Origin: an uncultured Lachnospiraceae bacterium
Lineage (GTDB): Bacteria; Bacillota; Clostridia; Lachnospirales; Lachnospiraceae
Direction: 5' to 3'
NCBI GenBank assembly: GCA_964507235.1
Contig: CAZDPE010000003.1
Coordinates: 1-61,767 of the forward strand
Length of the DNA stretch: 61,767 bases
The position numbers and the translations under genes are program-made. Below are positions 58,746 through 61,767 of this stretch, piece by piece. The notes below the pieces were generated by a model, which was not told the DNA's origin, made no database searches, and saw nothing but the letters and a program-made list of their open reading frames with translations. The stretch's first letter is position 1. The number at the start of each line of letters is the position of its first letter.

Positions 58746-59774
58746 ATGCAGTTAGATGAAAGAAAAATAAAAATCTTGCAGGCCATTATCCGAAATTATC
58801 TTGAAACCGGAGAGCCGGTTGGAAGCCGAACCATTTCCAGGTATACGGATTTAAATCTGAGTTCAGCAACGATTCGCAATGAAATGGCGGATTTGGAGGA
58901 AATGGGATATATTTTACAGCCCCATACTTCTGCAGGGAGGATTCCTTCTGATAAAGGGTATCGGTTATATGTGGATACCATGATGGAGCAAAAGGATAAG
59001 GAACTGGAAGAACTGAAGGAAATGATGCTTGAAAGAGAAGATAAAATGGATAATCTCTTAAAGCAGGTTGCAAAGCTTTTAGCAGTGAATACCAATTATG
59101 CGACTATGGTATCTTCTCCTACGGTTCACAGGAATAAGTTAAAGTTTATCCAGCTTTCCAGAGTGGATGTGAATCAACTGCTTGCAGTAATTGTAATGGA
59201 AGGAAATGTAATTAAGAACAATATCCTTCGGGTGGCAGATGAATTAAATGATGAAACGATTTTAAAGCTGAATATTCTCCTTAATACACATTTAAATGGT
59301 CTGGCGTTGGAAGAAATTAATTTAGGAACCATATCTGCATTGAAGCAGCAGGCGGGAATTCACAGTGATATTGTAAGTGATGTGATAGATGCTATTGCGG
59401 AAGGAATAACGGCAGACGAGGATTTGGAAATTTATACAAGCGGTGCCAATAACATTTTCAAGTATCCCGAGCTGGCCGACCAGAAGAAGGCAAGTGAAAT
59501 TATTAATACCTTTGAAGAAAAGCAGATGCTTACAGAGCTGGTTCAGGAAACTCTTTCAGATGAAGCCAATACAGGTATTCAGGTTTATATCGGAAATGAA
59601 ATGCCTATTCAGACCATGAAGGACTGCAGCGTGGTAACCGCTACCTATGAACTTGGCGAGGGCATGAGAGGGACCATTGGTATTATAGGACCCAAGCGAA
59701 TGGACTATGATAAAGTAATCGGCACCTTAAAGACAATTACACATCAATTGGATGACTTATATAAAAAGAAATGA
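58746..59774 (+). CDS. hrcA: Heat-inducible transcription repressor HrcA
   Basis: EPVGSRTI, SSATIRNEMADLE, QPHTSAGRIPSDKGYR, IGPKRMDY. Confidence 0.96.
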   Translation: MQLDERKIKILQAIIRNYLETGEPVGSRTISRYTDLNLSSATIRNEMADLEEMGYILQPHTSAGRIPSDKGYRLYVDTMMEQKDKELEELKEMMLEREDKMDNLLKQVAKLLAVNTNYATMVSSPTVHRNKLKFIQLSRVDVNQLLAVIVMEGNVIKNNILRVADELNDETILKLNILLNTHLNGLALEEINLGTISALKQQAGIHSDIVSDVIDAIAEGITADEDLEIYTSGANNIFKYPELADQKKASEIINTFEEKQMLTELVQETLSDEANTGIQVYIGNEMPIQTMKDCSVVTATYELGEGMRGTIGIIGPKRMDYDKVIGTLKTITHQLDDLYKKK

Positions 59775-59796
59775 CAAAGGAAAGGGATGAAAGCAG

Positions 59797-60444
59797 ATGG
59801 AAGATGAAAGAAAAGAAGATTTACAGGAAGATAGTACGATAGAAAATACGGAAAATGAGGAAGAAACAATAAAAACGGAGGATTCTCCGGAACCGATTGC
59901 AGGAGAAGAGGACGCAGAGTCTGCTGAGGAGAAAGCTGAAGAGGAACAGGATGAGAAATCAGATAATAAACTCTTCAAGAAGAAACAGAAGGCAGATAAA
60001 AAGCAGGATGCCATGAAGGAAAAAATTGAAGAACTTGAAGACAGGGTAAAGCGTCAGATGGCTGAATTTGATAATTTCCGCAAGCGCACCGATAAAGAAA
60101 AGACTGCCATGTTTGAAACAGGAGCAAAAAGTGTTATTGAAAAGATACTTCCTGTAGTGGATAATTTTGAAAGAGGGCTTGCATCCATATCTGAGGATGA
60201 AAAAGGTAAGCCTTTTGCAGAAGGAATGGAAATGATATATAATCAGCTTATTTCAGAGCTTGAAAAGATGGAAGTAAAGCCGATTCCCACAGTGGGTGAG
60301 AAATTTAATCCGGAGCTGCACAATGCAGTAATGCAGGTGGAAAGCGATGAATATGAATCAGGCGTGGTAGCCCAGGAATTACAGAAGGGTTACACCTACA
60401 GGGACAGTGTGGTAAGGCACAGTATGGTGGCCGTTGTAAGCTAG
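59797..60444 (+). CDS. grpE: Nucleotide exchange factor GrpE
   Basis: AEFDNFRKR, LPVVDNFER, FNPELHNAV, QKGY. Confidence 0.96.
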   Translation: MEDERKEDLQEDSTIENTENEEETIKTEDSPEPIAGEEDAESAEEKAEEEQDEKSDNKLFKKKQKADKKQDAMKEKIEELEDRVKRQMAEFDNFRKRTDKEKTAMFETGAKSVIEKILPVVDNFERGLASISEDEKGKPFAEGMEMIYNQLISELEKMEVKPIPTVGEKFNPELHNAVMQVESDEYESGVVAQELQKGYTYRDSVVRHSMVAVVS

Positions 60445-60516
60445 AAGCCGGACACGGATTTGCAGGTAAAAGTTTTTGAAACATAAATAAATTCAATGAT
60501 GTAGGAGGAAACAATC

Positions 60517-61767
60517 ATGAGTAAAATAATTGGTATTGACTTAGGAACAACAAACAGCTGCGTTGCAGTTATGGAAGGCGGTAAGCCCACAGTTATCGCG
60601 AATACAGAAGGAGCAAGAACAACACCCTCTGTTGTGGCGTTCACTAAAACGGGAGAAAGATTAATCGGCGAGCCTGCAAAACGTCAGGCAGTAACCAATG
60701 CAGAAAAGACAATCGCATCCATCAAGAGAGATATGGGTACAGACAGAGGACGTACCATTGACGGAAAGAAATATTCACCTCAGCAGATTTCCGCTATGAT
60801 TCTTCAGAAGTTAAAAGCTGATGCAGAAAGCTATCTTGGTGAAAAGGTAACAGAAGCAGTTATCACGGTTCCTGCTTACTTCAACGACGCACAGCGTCAG
60901 GCAACCAAAGATGCAGGTAAGATTGCAGGACTTGACGTAAAGCGTATTATCAATGAGCCTACAGCAGCAGCTCTTGCTTATGGTCTTGATAATGAAAAAG
61001 AACAGAAAATTATGGTATACGACCTGGGCGGCGGTACCTTTGATGTTTCTATTATTGAAATTGGTGACGGTGTCATTGAGGTATTGTCAACTAATGGTGA
61101 TACACGCCTTGGCGGTGATGATTTTGACCAGAAGCTGATTGACTGGATGGTAAGTGAATTCAAGAATGCAAACGGCATTGACCTGTCCCAGGATAAAATG
61201 GCCCTTCAGAGATTGAAGGAAGCTGCTGAAAAAGCAAAGAAGGAACTTTCCAGTGCAACTACCACTAATATTAACCTTCCCTTTATCAGCATGAATGCCA
61301 GCGGTCCTCTTCACTTTGATATGAGCCTTTCCAGAGCAAAATTTGATGAATTAACGCATGATTTGATAGAAAAGACTGTTATCCCGGTACAGAATGCAAT
61401 GAAGGATGCAGGCCTTACCAATGCAGATTTGGGCCAGGTACTCCTTGTAGGCGGTTCCACACGTATTCCTGCCGTACAGGATAAGGTAAGACAATTAACA
61501 GGTAAAGAGCCCAGCAAGAGCCTTAACCCTGATGAGTGTGTGGCACTTGGAGCCTCCATTCAGGGCGGTAAGCTGGCAGGCGATGCCGGTGCAGGCGAAA
61601 TCCTTCTTCTGGATGTTACACCGTTGTCACTGTCTATTGAAACAATGGGTGGTATTGCAACCAGGCTGATTGAAAGAAATACAACGATACCTACTAAGAA
61701 GAGTCAGATTTTCTCTACAGCAGCAGACAATCAGACAGCCGTTGACATCAATGTAGTACAGGGTGAA
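60517..61767 (+). CDS. dnaK: Molecular chaperone DnaK (3' end beyond the window)
   Basis: AGGAGG RBS. Manual translation [22 protein letters not shown]...TVPAYFND...DLGGGTFD. Open to the window end. Confidence 0.97.
   Translation, partial: MSKIIGIDLGTTNSCVAVMEGGKPTVIANTEGARTTPSVVAFTKTGERLIGEPAKRQAVTNAEKTIASIKRDMGTDRGRTIDGKKYSPQQISAMILQKLKADAESYLGEKVTEAVITVPAYFNDAQRQATKDAGKIAGLDVKRIINEPTAAALAYGLDNEKEQKIMVYDLGGGTFDVSIIEIGDGVIEVLSTNGDTRLGGDDFDQKLIDWMVSEFKNANGIDLSQDKMALQRLKEAAEKAKKELSSATTTNINLPFISMNASGPLHFDMSLSRAKFDELTHDLIEKTVIPVQNAMKDAGLTNADLGQVLLVGGSTRIPAVQDKVRQLTGKEPSKSLNPDECVALGASIQGGKLAGDAGAGEILLLDVTPLSLSIETMGGIATRLIERNTTIPTKKSQIFSTAADNQTAVDINVVQGE

Noticed and set aside
58677-61767. CIRCE-hrcA-grpE-dnaK as a novel system
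   Set aside because: A canonical class I heat-shock operon.
1-61767. rRNA, tRNA, CRISPR arrays, intact transposases or prophage genes
   Set aside because: None recognised by eye. Intergenic gaps are short and mostly explained by promoters, terminators or the elements listed. tRNAscan-SE and Infernal would confirm.

Overview
A 61.8-kb chromosomal window from a spore-forming, probably motile gut Clostridium. Gene content and organisation look Lachnospiraceae-like (inference). From left to right it holds: (i) a decayed accessory scar with an HTH remnant, an antitoxin and a truncated RelE, followed by a lone spmB; (ii) a ~17-kb uronic-acid glycan locus (heparinase II/III-type lyase, YesM/YesN two-component pair, ABC importer, GH88, DUF2264, YesL, a CBM-like protein and LacL/LacM beta-galactosidase); (iii) an AEC transporter, a membrane-anchored Mrr-type nuclease and a DUF885 gene; (iv) housekeeping genes: split transketolase, rpe, SEC-C map and a ZTP(pfl)-riboswitch-controlled purO/purH pair; (v) a glycerol operon with an oxidoreductase-DUF1667 fusion, a coupled unknown 466-aa protein and a NUDIX hydrolase; (vi) a ~20-kb beta-mannan oligosaccharide locus (2x GH36, LacI, AraC, ABC, 2-epimerase, 2x GH130, SGNH esterase, an embedded chemoreceptor, a GH2 pseudogene carrying a 122-bp palindromic IS200/IS605-like mini-element, and a GH1-PMI fusion); and (vii) aminotransferase, patatin, uppP, a histone-like protein and CIRCE-hrcA-grpE-dnaK (partial). 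I saw no rRNA, tRNA or CRISPR array. Family calls come from motif recognition, not database searches. Some starts were moved from the ORF track to the codon with the best RBS.
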